NCBI GenBank assembly: GCA_015059045.1
Contig: SVBD01000008.1
Coordinates: 9,355-73,354 of the forward strand
DNA: 64,000 nt
Direction of reading: 5' to 3'
Source of the DNA: Erysipelotrichaceae bacterium
Lineage (GTDB): Bacteria; Bacillota_I; Bacilli_A; RFN20; CAG-449
Notes under the pieces: model-generated
What the model saw: the letters and a program-made list of their open reading frames with translations, nothing else
Databases searched by the model: none
What the model was told of the DNA's origin: nothing
Part shown: piece after piece, positions 1 through 7,593 of the stretch
How the letters are laid out: each line of letters starts with the position of its first letter
Position numbering within the stretch: the first letter of the stretch is position 1
Translations under genes and position numbers: made by a program

Positions 1-875
1 TTGAAATCATGCAAGAAGGTTATGCTTATTCTAAAAACGATTTAACATATCGTTACTATGATGTATTTAACGATGCAATGAACTATGCTAACACAAACAA
101 ATTAAAAGTTTGGGGTAAAGATAAAGACCCAGGCTTCTACTATGGTGCTGCACAAGAAGTTACAATTAAATACTTAAGAGAAAAACAAGAATTAAATGAA
201 GAAACTGGACAATATGAGGCAGTTAATCATTTAGAAGAGTATAAAGATATTGCAATTAGAGTAACAGCAATCATTTATCGTATTGCCGGTTCTGCTATCT
301 ATCTTCAAGAAGATGATCCAGAAACAGGTAATACATATGGTATGCAAGTTTACTTAGGACCTGGCGGAACATTAACTGATGCTGAAGTAGGTGCAAAATT
401 CTGTATTGTTGGAACATTACAATACTATGATACAGGTTGCTACTATCAAATTTCAGGTGTTAAAAATCCAGGCTTCTTCGAAGTAGCTGAAGATGAATCG
501 TTTAGAGTAGATGAAGAAATTTACCCTACAAATCCAGTTACTATTACATATGAAGACTTCTCAACTCGTTATGAAGAATTAACATTCGCAAACTGCAGAA
601 TGGAAAGTTTAAAAGTTGTTGATGCTTATACAACAATGAACGAAGAAAGTAATTCATATGGTGCAATGACTCTTACTTGCGAAGATTTAAACGGAAACGA
701 AGTTACAATTAGAACACAAGTTTTAAAGGTTGATGGAGAATTAGTCGTTGAATCAGCTTTCTTAGGCAAGACAATGCATGTTGTTGGAATGATCCAACCA
801 TATAAGCCAGAAAATGGCGACTTAAGATATCAATTTGAATTATATTCAATGAAAGATGTCACATTCATAGGATAA
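1..875 (+). CDS. C-terminal part of a larger secreted protein (5' end lies outside the window): SNase/thermonuclease-like tail followed by OB-fold-like domains
   Basis: Frame is open to position 3 with no upstream stop, so the annotated M at 9 is probably internal. Residues 1-45 (NDAMNYANTNKLKVWGKDKD) resemble the C-terminus of staphylococcal nuclease (AQAKKEKLNIWSED). Downstream segments (YLQEDDPETGNTYGMQVYLGPGG; VVGMIQPYKPENGDLRYQFEL) look like OB-fold tRNA_anti-like modules. Confidence 0.45.
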   Translation, partial: EIMQEGYAYSKNDLTYRYYDVFNDAMNYANTNKLKVWGKDKDPGFYYGAAQEVTIKYLREKQELNEETGQYEAVNHLEEYKDIAIRVTAIIYRIAGSAIYLQEDDPETGNTYGMQVYLGPGGTLTDAEVGAKFCIVGTLQYYDTGCYYQISGVKNPGFFEVAEDESFRVDEEIYPTNPVTITYEDFSTRYEELTFANCRMESLKVVDAYTTMNEESNSYGAMTLTCEDLNGNEVTIRTQVLKVDGELVVESAFLGKTMHVVGMIQPYKPENGDLRYQFELYSMKDVTFIG

Positions 876-894
876 GAGGAGGAATAAAGTCTTT

Positions 895-2865
895 ATGAAG
901 AAAAAAAGTTTATTAACTTTATCATTAACAGCTTTAATGGCATTTGGTGTCGTTAGCTGTGGTGAAAAAGGACCATCAGGAGTTGAACAAGCTGCTGATT
1001 ATATTTGGCAATTATATAAAAATGAATCATTAAGCCAAAAAATTGCTAGTACAGACGATTTCAATGTTGTAACAGAAGTTACAATCGAAGATGTTAAATA
1101 TAACGTTAGTTGGGCTGTTACTCTTGGTGCTGGTGTAGCTAATGCAGTTACATTAGGAGAAGCTAAAGATGGCAAACAAGTAGTTGATGTTATTTATGAT
1201 CCAGTTTTAAGTAATGTTGAAACTACATATACATTAACTGCTACAATTACTGATGCAAAAGGTGAAAGCGTAGTTAAATCATTCGAACGTGTTGTTCCTG
1301 CTTTCAAATATTCATCATACAAAGATTTCTCAAACCCTAAAAAAGGACAAGTTTATAACGTAAAAGGTATTATTACTGAAAGAACAGCTTTCTCAAGTGG
1401 TTCAGTTAAATATTTATATTTACAAAATGATGATTGCGGAATTATGGCTTATAGCTTAGTTTGTGCTGATCAAGCTGCATTTGATGCTGATTTAAAAATT
1501 GGTAACGAAATTATCGTTTCAGGTACAGTTACTCGTTATAATGGACAATTAGAATTTGAAAAAGGTTGTACATATTCAGTAGTTTCTAAAACAGCTGCTA
1601 CATTAAAATATGTTGACGCTACAGAAGCATTCGCTTCTGCAGTAAATGAAAAAGATGTTGATGCATTAGATCCATATCAAAATAGATTAGTAGAAGTTAA
1701 AGGTGTTACAGTTGCTGATATTTATGAAGCACAAAATTACCACTACTTCACAATTGGTACAGTTAAATCATATGTAAGACCAAGTACTTCTTATGGTAGC
1801 TTAAACTCAGAACAATGCGAACAAGTAGTTGCTGAATGGGTACAAGGATACAAAGCTAATGTTAAAGGTATCTTAACTTGTTACTCAGGAACATATTACA
1901 TCCTTCCAGTATCAGTTGATGCAGTTACAATTACAGAAAAGGTATTAACTGACGAAGTTAAAGTTGCAAACGCAATTAATGATGTCAAAGCATTAATCGG
2001 TTCTGAAATCGTTAAATCTACAGAAATCACATTACCTGCTACAGCAGCTAATGAAGAATACAACACAGTTGCATATACATGGAGCGTTGTTGAAGGCGCT
2101 AGTGCATTTGTAATCGAAGGTGGCAAATTAAAAGTAACAGTTGGTGACACTCCAGTTGCTGGTAAAGTTAAAGTTGTAGCTACAGTAAATGGCAAAACAG
2201 CTGAACACGAATTTGATGTAACAGCTAAACAACCAACTGCAATCTCAATTTCTAAATTTGTTGAAGATAAAAATAAAAATGATATCCAATACTTAAGAGG
2301 TGTTGTTGTTGCTTCTGGTGGAGATAGCGATTATGCTGGATCATTTGTCTTAGCAGATGAAACAGGTGTTGTCTTCTCATACAACAAATTTAAAGTAAAC
2401 GTTGGTGATGAAATTATCATCGCTACAAAATATTCTGAATACAGCGGATTAGTTCAATCTGCTACAACAGAAGTAGTTGCAGTACTTTCTACAGGAAATG
2501 ATGTTTCTAAATACTTAGCAAACCCAGTTGCAAAATCAATTGGTGATTTATCAGCTGAATTAGAAACTTGTACAACTACAGTAGAAATGTATGAAAAATA
2601 TGGACAAAAATGTATTCAAGCTACTGGTACAGTTAAAAAGACTGATAAAGGATATGCAATGTACTTAAACGCTGAAGATAATCAATATATCTTAAACTTA
2701 TATACTAATAGCGCTATTAACGAACAATTAAAAACATTATTAGGTAGTGCAAGTTCTGTTGAATTAACAGTTACAGGTTTCGTTAGAGGTGTTGGTACAG
2801 CTAATCCAGATAAAGGATATCACGCAAGCTTAACATTACAATTAAACAACGTTGTTGCTGCATAA
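895..2865 (+). CDS. Surface lipoprotein with several tandem OB-fold (nucleic-acid-binding-like) domains; no catalytic motif recognised
   Basis: Signal peptide with lipobox (LMAFGVVSC|GE). Repeated segments of the type GQVYNVKGIITER...VKYLYLQNDDCGIMAY...GNEIIVSGTVTRYNGQLEF and YLRGVVVASGGDSDYAGSFVLADETGVVFSY...GDEIIIATKYSEYSGLVQ match the OB-fold pattern of YhcR/extracellular-nuclease accessory domains. RBS GAGGAGG lies upstream. Confidence 0.55.
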   Translation: MKKKSLLTLSLTALMAFGVVSCGEKGPSGVEQAADYIWQLYKNESLSQKIASTDDFNVVTEVTIEDVKYNVSWAVTLGAGVANAVTLGEAKDGKQVVDVIYDPVLSNVETTYTLTATITDAKGESVVKSFERVVPAFKYSSYKDFSNPKKGQVYNVKGIITERTAFSSGSVKYLYLQNDDCGIMAYSLVCADQAAFDADLKIGNEIIVSGTVTRYNGQLEFEKGCTYSVVSKTAATLKYVDATEAFASAVNEKDVDALDPYQNRLVEVKGVTVADIYEAQNYHYFTIGTVKSYVRPSTSYGSLNSEQCEQVVAEWVQGYKANVKGILTCYSGTYYILPVSVDAVTITEKVLTDEVKVANAINDVKALIGSEIVKSTEITLPATAANEEYNTVAYTWSVVEGASAFVIEGGKLKVTVGDTPVAGKVKVVATVNGKTAEHEFDVTAKQPTAISISKFVEDKNKNDIQYLRGVVVASGGDSDYAGSFVLADETGVVFSYNKFKVNVGDEIIIATKYSEYSGLVQSATTEVVAVLSTGNDVSKYLANPVAKSIGDLSAELETCTTTVEMYEKYGQKCIQATGTVKKTDKGYAMYLNAEDNQYILNLYTNSAINEQLKTLLGSASSVELTVTGFVRGVGTANPDKGYHASLTLQLNNVVAA

Positions 2866-2887
2866 TTAAATTTTAAAAAGATATACG

Positions 2888-2925
2888 GACTTCTTCATTG
2901 AAGAAGGAGTCCGTTCTTCTAGTTT
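2888..2925 (+). terminator. Imperfect hairpin after the lipoprotein gene; weak candidate terminator
   Basis: acggacttcttc-attg-gaagaa(gga)gtccgt inverted repeat with a 3-nt bulge; no strong T-run follows. Confidence 0.25.
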
Positions 2926-2949
2926 TACTAGAATAGTAATGGAGGTCTT

Positions 2950-3423
2950 ATGTTATTAAGAAAAATTAGACTAAGCGGTTTATTTGTAACTGGATTTGTT
3001 ATTGCTATCGTTGCATTATTATGGATGTATTTCTTCGATGTTTCTGTCAAAACAGAAGTTAAGTGGTTATATGTCGGATTATGTTTTGGAGTTATGTCTG
3101 GAGTACTTGGTGCTTTAGGTGGTCACTTCTCAAACGATGAAGATAACTTAACAAGTTCAATTTTAATTGGTGTTGCAATTGTATTAGATATTGTATTTAC
3201 AGTATTTCTATTCATTTGTCAAAATGATGCAACCGTCTTAGCATCTGCTAAAAATTCTGGTTCGGTTCCATTATTCAAAGCAATTAATTTAATCGCTATT
3301 ATCGTTTCTATTGTTTCTACAGTTGGATTTGCTGGTGGTTTAGGTTTAGATATCTACGCTAAGTATTTATCAAAACAAGATGATAAAATTATTGCTGAAC
3401 ACGAAAAAGAAAATTTACAATAA
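2950..3423 (+). CDS. Integral membrane protein (about 4 TM), unknown function
   Basis: Hydrophobic segments throughout. RBS-like GGAGG at 2940. No recognisable motif. Confidence 0.4.
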   Translation: MLLRKIRLSGLFVTGFVIAIVALLWMYFFDVSVKTEVKWLYVGLCFGVMSGVLGALGGHFSNDEDNLTSSILIGVAIVLDIVFTVFLFICQNDATVLASAKNSGSVPLFKAINLIAIIVSIVSTVGFAGGLGLDIYAKYLSKQDDKIIAEHEKENLQ

Positions 3424-3424
3424 T

Positions 3425-3452
3425 AAAAATGGCTTATGCCATTTTTTATTTT
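3425..3452. terminator. Bidirectional rho-independent terminator between convergent genes
   Basis: aaaaatggc-tta-tgccattttt followed by tttattt. Stop codons of both convergent ORFs flank it. Confidence 0.6.
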
Positions 3453-3991
3453 ATCCAGATAATTTCAGCTTCGGGATAGTTTTCTTCTTTTAGCTTGCTA
3501 ATATATAACAATATCTTTTGATTTATATCGTCAGAAGATATTTTTTTATACGCTTCTTCTAAAAGATCAATTGTTAATAAATAATCTTCTTTTGTATACG
3601 TGTCGTAGTTATTTATAAACTCAAAAAGATTTTTTAAGTAAATATAATGGTTGTTTTTAACTATAGAGCAATGATAATTCGTGATATTAGTATTAATATA
3701 CTTTATTAATTCTTCTAAATCAATTTTCATTACAATTCTATAAAAAACTATAGTTTTTAATAGAAAAATGAATTTTTTTATGAAGTTCTCATTATTTTCT
3801 TCTTGTTTGATTATATTTCTTTCATTTGTGTTATAAGGAATTTTAATAGGAAAATTTGATATTTTTACTTTATGTTTTAATAATGGATTAAATATAAATA
3901 ATAAATCTTTTGAAATATCGAATTTATCGCAAATAGAATCTATTGAATCAGTTTCATTAGGTACGTAAATTTTTATATAATAATCGTTCAT
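3446..3991 (-). CDS. Hypothetical cytoplasmic protein, very AT-rich (N/K/I-rich), possible LysM-like N-terminus
   Basis: ORF with a convincing upstream AT-rich promoter region. Composition more extreme than the neighbours. N-terminal YYIKIYVPNETDSIDSICDKFDISKDLLFIFNP loosely resembles LysM. Confidence 0.35.
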   Translation of the reverse strand: MNDYYIKIYVPNETDSIDSICDKFDISKDLLFIFNPLLKHKVKISNFPIKIPYNTNERNIIKQEENNENFIKKFIFLLKTIVFYRIVMKIDLEELIKYINTNITNYHCSIVKNNHYIYLKNLFEFINNYDTYTKEDYLLTIDLLEEAYKKISSDDINQKILLYISKLKEENYPEAEIIWIK

Positions 3992-4094
3992 TTTAATTAC
4001 CTCATTTAATCTTATGTATGAAAAATAAAAAGTATTTATATTTCTTTTAAAATAAGGCTATCTAATCTATAATAATTAATGGAGAGTTAGAAGT

Positions 4095-4715
4095 ATGGAA
4101 AAACCTATTTTAATTTGTATTGCTGGAGGATCAGCAAGTGGAAAAACCACATTAGTAAATGAAATCGCAGAGGCTTTTGAAAATCAAGATATCGTCATTT
4201 TAAAACACGATGATTATTATAGAGATCAAAGTCATCTTTCTTTAGAAGAAAGAAAAAATACTAATTATGATCATCCTTCATCACTTGAAAACGAATTATT
4301 AATTAAGCACTTAAAAGACTTATTAAATAATAAATCAATTAATAAACCTATTTATGATTTTGTAATTCAAACTAGAAGTGATAAAACTGAAATAGTAAAT
4401 CCTGCTAAAGTTATTATTTTAGATGGTATTTTAGTTTTAGAGGATTCTAGAATTAGAGATTTAGCGGATATTAAAGTCTATGTTGAATGTGATGAAGACA
4501 TTAGATTAATTAGACGTATTAGAAGAGATATGATTGAAAGGGGAAGATCTTTTGATGGGATTATTAAACAATACTTAACTACAGTTAAGCCAATGTATCA
4601 CAGTTTTGTTTCTCCAAGCAAAAGATATGCAGATATTCTTATTCCAAATGATTTCTCTCATAATGTTGCAACTGATTTATTAATTGAAAAAATTAAGTCG
4701 ATTTTGAATAAATAA
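4095..4715 (+). CDS. udk: Uridine kinase
   Basis: P-loop ICIAGGSASGKTT and DDYY motif. Length and overall similarity match the Udk family. RBS GGAGAG upstream. Confidence 0.9.
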   Translation: MEKPILICIAGGSASGKTTLVNEIAEAFENQDIVILKHDDYYRDQSHLSLEERKNTNYDHPSSLENELLIKHLKDLLNNKSINKPIYDFVIQTRSDKTEIVNPAKVIILDGILVLEDSRIRDLADIKVYVECDEDIRLIRRIRRDMIERGRSFDGIIKQYLTTVKPMYHSFVSPSKRYADILIPNDFSHNVATDLLIEKIKSILNK

Positions 4716-4726
4716 ATCAAATTTTA

Positions 4727-4755
4727 TTGAAAAAATTAGTCATATAAATTATTAT
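4727..4755 (+). promoter_or_regulatory. Candidate sigma-70 promoter for tRNA-Lys
   Basis: TTGAAA, 17-nt spacer, TATTAT, ending about 11 nt before the tRNA 5' end. Confidence 0.35.
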
Positions 4756-4766
4756 TATATGGCAAT

Positions 4767-4842
4767 GGACTTGTAGCTCAGTTGGTAGAGCAATAGACTC
4801 TTAATCTGTGGGTCCAGGGTTCGAGCCCCTGCAAGTTCACCA
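4767..4842 (+). tRNA. tRNA-Lys (anticodon CTT), CCA encoded
   Basis: Cloverleaf folded by hand. Acceptor ggacttg/caagttc, D-arm gctcagttggtagagc, anticodon stem ataga/tctgt with loop ctCTTaa, T-arm ggtccagGGTTCGAgccc, discriminator A, 3' CCA. Confidence 0.85.
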
Positions 4843-4887
4843 TTTATATTTAAACTTTTTTATCGCAAAAGGTAAAAAAGGAGTAAT

Positions 4888-4916
4888 AAGCTCTATAAAA
4901 AAGAGCTTTTTATTTT
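4888..4916 (+). terminator. Rho-independent terminator after tRNA-Lys
   Basis: aagctct-ataaaaa-agagctt followed by ttttatttt. Confidence 0.55.
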
Positions 4917-4969
4917 ATTAATAAAGAAATAACAAATTATATTTGTTATAATAATTATGAGGAAGAAAT

Positions 4970-7483
4970 ATGAAAAGAAAATTAGGACTATTTTTATCAT
5001 TTATTTTAATTGTTTGCGGGTTTATCAATTTTCATAATTCAAAAAAACCTGTAGATGCGGCTGAAGGCAGTTATTATAGTAGTGTAAGTGGAAAAACTGG
5101 AGATAGTTTATTAGAAGGATTAGCATCTCTTTCTAAGAGCAAACATACTTCATATACAACTTATGGAGATTTAAAAAATATGTTTGCTTCATCTGATTAT
5201 GCATCAAGTGGAAAAATTTATGATTTCTACACTCAAACTAAAATGTCAAGTTCTTGGTCGGGAGGTCATTTTGATCGCGAGCATGTTTGGTGCCAAAGTT
5301 TATCGGGAAGTTTATATACTTCAATAACTGATGACGATGTAGGTGCTGGTGCTGACCTTCATCATATTAGACCAACGTACGATAATATTAACTCTAGTAG
5401 AGGAAATAAAAAATATGCAGAAATTAGTGGAGGAACCGCTAAATATTATAGTATTGCAAATGATAGTGTTTCTAACTCAACAAGTAGTGATTTACTTTAT
5501 GGTTATACTTCTGGAGACTATTTTGAACCAATCTCATCGGTAAAAGGGGATGTAGCTAGAATTTTAATGTATATGTATATGCATTATTCTAAAGAAGTTA
5601 GCGCAAATAGTTCACATTATTATGCAGGAGCCCTTTCAATAACTAATATTGTATATACTTCAAGTGGAACAAGTGATTCGGCTTTTGATTTGCTTTGTAC
5701 TTGGAATAGTTCAGATCCAGTAAGTTCTCAAGAAATGACAAGAAATGAATATGTAGCAGGAGTAACAGGTGTTAGAAATCCATTTATTGACCATCCTGAA
5801 TATGCAGATGCAATTTGGGGAGACGCATCAAGTGGTGGATCTACTTCAACTCCTGATAGTGGAAATGAGGATTCTTCTTCATCAACAACTCCACCTAGTA
5901 GTGGAGAAAATACAGGAACAACCACTCCACCTAATTCTTCTACTGGCGGAAATGGACAATATGACTCAACTACTGAAACAATTACTTCGACAGTATATCG
6001 CAAATTAAAATCCGCATCAGGAATTACAGTTGGAAGTAAAATTATTATTGCTGCAAGTGATTATAATGTTGCAATGAGCACTAATCAAAAAACAAATAAT
6101 AGAGGGCAAACCACTATTTCTAAATACTCCTCTGGTAGTTATGATTATTTAACTCCTAGTTCTTCTACTCAAATTTTAGAAGTTAAATCTGGAGATAACA
6201 CTAGCGGCTATACTCTTTATACTGGTGATGGATATTTAGTTGCATCAGGAGGAGATTCTAGTAATAAATTAACAACAAAAGCATCTATTACTAGTGACAA
6301 AATTGCAAGATGGACAATTCACTTTAGTAGTGGAAATGCAAATATTGTATGTGTTGATTCTAGCACAACAAGAAATACTATAAGATATAATTCTACCAGT
6401 AGTTTATTTAGTTGCTATGAATCGGGACAACAGGACGTTTCTATTTATAAAGAATATACTGAAACTACTTCAATCACTTATACTTTCCCAGAATCTGAAT
6501 CATTAATTACAATTTCTAAAGCAAATGAGGTAGCTAATAAAGCGGGAAGTTCTTATAGTGCTAGCAAATATAAGATACAAGGAACTATATCTAGTATTTC
6601 AAATACAACATATGGTAACATGACTGTTTCCGATTCATCAGGCAATTCAATATATATCTATGGTGTTTATGGAAGTGATGGAACAAGATATGATTCGCTT
6701 GGAATTCATCAACCACAAGTTGGTGATACAGTAATGTTATTTGGAACATTAGGTACATATAATGAATCTCCACAAATGAAGAATGCTAGTATATTAAATT
6801 TATCAAAACAAACTAGTGCATCAAATGATCTTAATAGTCTCTTAAATAAGTATATTTCTGATGGCAAGTACACAAAAATTAGTAATATTTATCTTTCTAA
6901 AGAAGCGCAACAAGATATTTCTTTATATTTCCACGCTAATATAGTAGATAAAGAAAGAATTACATATTATAACCAAAATGCATTATGGATGACTAATTCA
7001 ACAGGTAGTGTAAACTCTGGATATGGCACTGATGCTTTTGGTGATATGACACACTTTAAATTGAATAATGATGGTTCTCAAACAATTGACTATACTATCG
7101 ATATGCCAAATAACGGTGGTATGGAAGAATTTTATGACACGCCAAATGATTTCTTAGCTTCTTCTTATTATGATTCAAATTGGGTGTATTTAACCAATGT
7201 TGGTTATGTATATGATTTAGCAAAATACTACGAAGGAAATACTAAGGCGGCAAAATATTTAGAAGAATTTATTAATGTTGCAGCACCATTATTGTTAACT
7301 GAAGTATATACTTCTAATTATTTAAGATTAGATAAACTAATCATTACTGAAGTTAATAATCAATTAATGTTTGCAATTACCGTCCATAGCACGAGTTCTG
7401 GAGTGTTAGATGAATCTGCAAGAAGTGAATTGCTATTATGCAAGTCGTTAATTACCGCGGGATGTAGTTATTCATTTAATTAA
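4970..7483 (+). CDS. Secreted multidomain nuclease: Endonuclease I (EndA/NucM/Bsn family) domain, Ser/Thr-rich linker, C-terminal OB-fold domains
   Basis: Signal peptide MKRKLGLFLSFILIVCGF...VDA|AEG. Motifs HFDREHVWCQS and DLHHIRPTYDNINSSRGNK match the EH and beta-beta-alpha-Me signature of PF04231. Low-complexity SSGGSTSTPDSGNEDSSSSTTPPSSGENTGTTTPPNSSTGGNG linker. Later YKIQGTISSISNTTYGNMTVSDSSGNSIYIYGVYGSD...VGDTVMLFGTLGTYNESPQ is an OB-fold. Confidence 0.65.
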   Translation: MKRKLGLFLSFILIVCGFINFHNSKKPVDAAEGSYYSSVSGKTGDSLLEGLASLSKSKHTSYTTYGDLKNMFASSDYASSGKIYDFYTQTKMSSSWSGGHFDREHVWCQSLSGSLYTSITDDDVGAGADLHHIRPTYDNINSSRGNKKYAEISGGTAKYYSIANDSVSNSTSSDLLYGYTSGDYFEPISSVKGDVARILMYMYMHYSKEVSANSSHYYAGALSITNIVYTSSGTSDSAFDLLCTWNSSDPVSSQEMTRNEYVAGVTGVRNPFIDHPEYADAIWGDASSGGSTSTPDSGNEDSSSSTTPPSSGENTGTTTPPNSSTGGNGQYDSTTETITSTVYRKLKSASGITVGSKIIIAASDYNVAMSTNQKTNNRGQTTISKYSSGSYDYLTPSSSTQILEVKSGDNTSGYTLYTGDGYLVASGGDSSNKLTTKASITSDKIARWTIHFSSGNANIVCVDSSTTRNTIRYNSTSSLFSCYESGQQDVSIYKEYTETTSITYTFPESESLITISKANEVANKAGSSYSASKYKIQGTISSISNTTYGNMTVSDSSGNSIYIYGVYGSDGTRYDSLGIHQPQVGDTVMLFGTLGTYNESPQMKNASILNLSKQTSASNDLNSLLNKYISDGKYTKISNIYLSKEAQQDISLYFHANIVDKERITYYNQNALWMTNSTGSVNSGYGTDAFGDMTHFKLNNDGSQTIDYTIDMPNNGGMEEFYDTPNDFLASSYYDSNWVYLTNVGYVYDLAKYYEGNTKAAKYLEEFINVAAPLLLTEVYTSNYLRLDKLIITEVNNQLMFAITVHSTSSGVLDESARSELLLCKSLITAGCSYSFN

Positions 7484-7494
7484 TTATTTGAAAG

Positions 7495-7524
7495 TCCAAA
7501 GTTATGTAACTTTGGATTTTTTTA
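7495..7524 (+). terminator. Rho-independent terminator
   Basis: tccaaagtt-atgta-aactttgga followed by ttttttt. Confidence 0.7.
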
Positions 7525-7593
7525 TTAATTAAAAAAAAGAATTAAGGAATTAATTATTTTATGATAAATTATATCTATAGGATTGGTGAAAGT

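Noticed and set aside
1896-2195. 99-aa ORF on the minus strand inside the lipoprotein gene
   Set aside because: It lies antisense within a well-supported CDS and has a T/S/A-rich composition typical of reverse-frame artefacts.
5343-6773. Several 60-91 aa ORFs (5343-5543+, 5728-6003-, 5769-6008+, 6591-6773-) within the endonuclease gene
   Set aside because: They lie in alternative frames of a long, motif-supported CDS and have no RBS.
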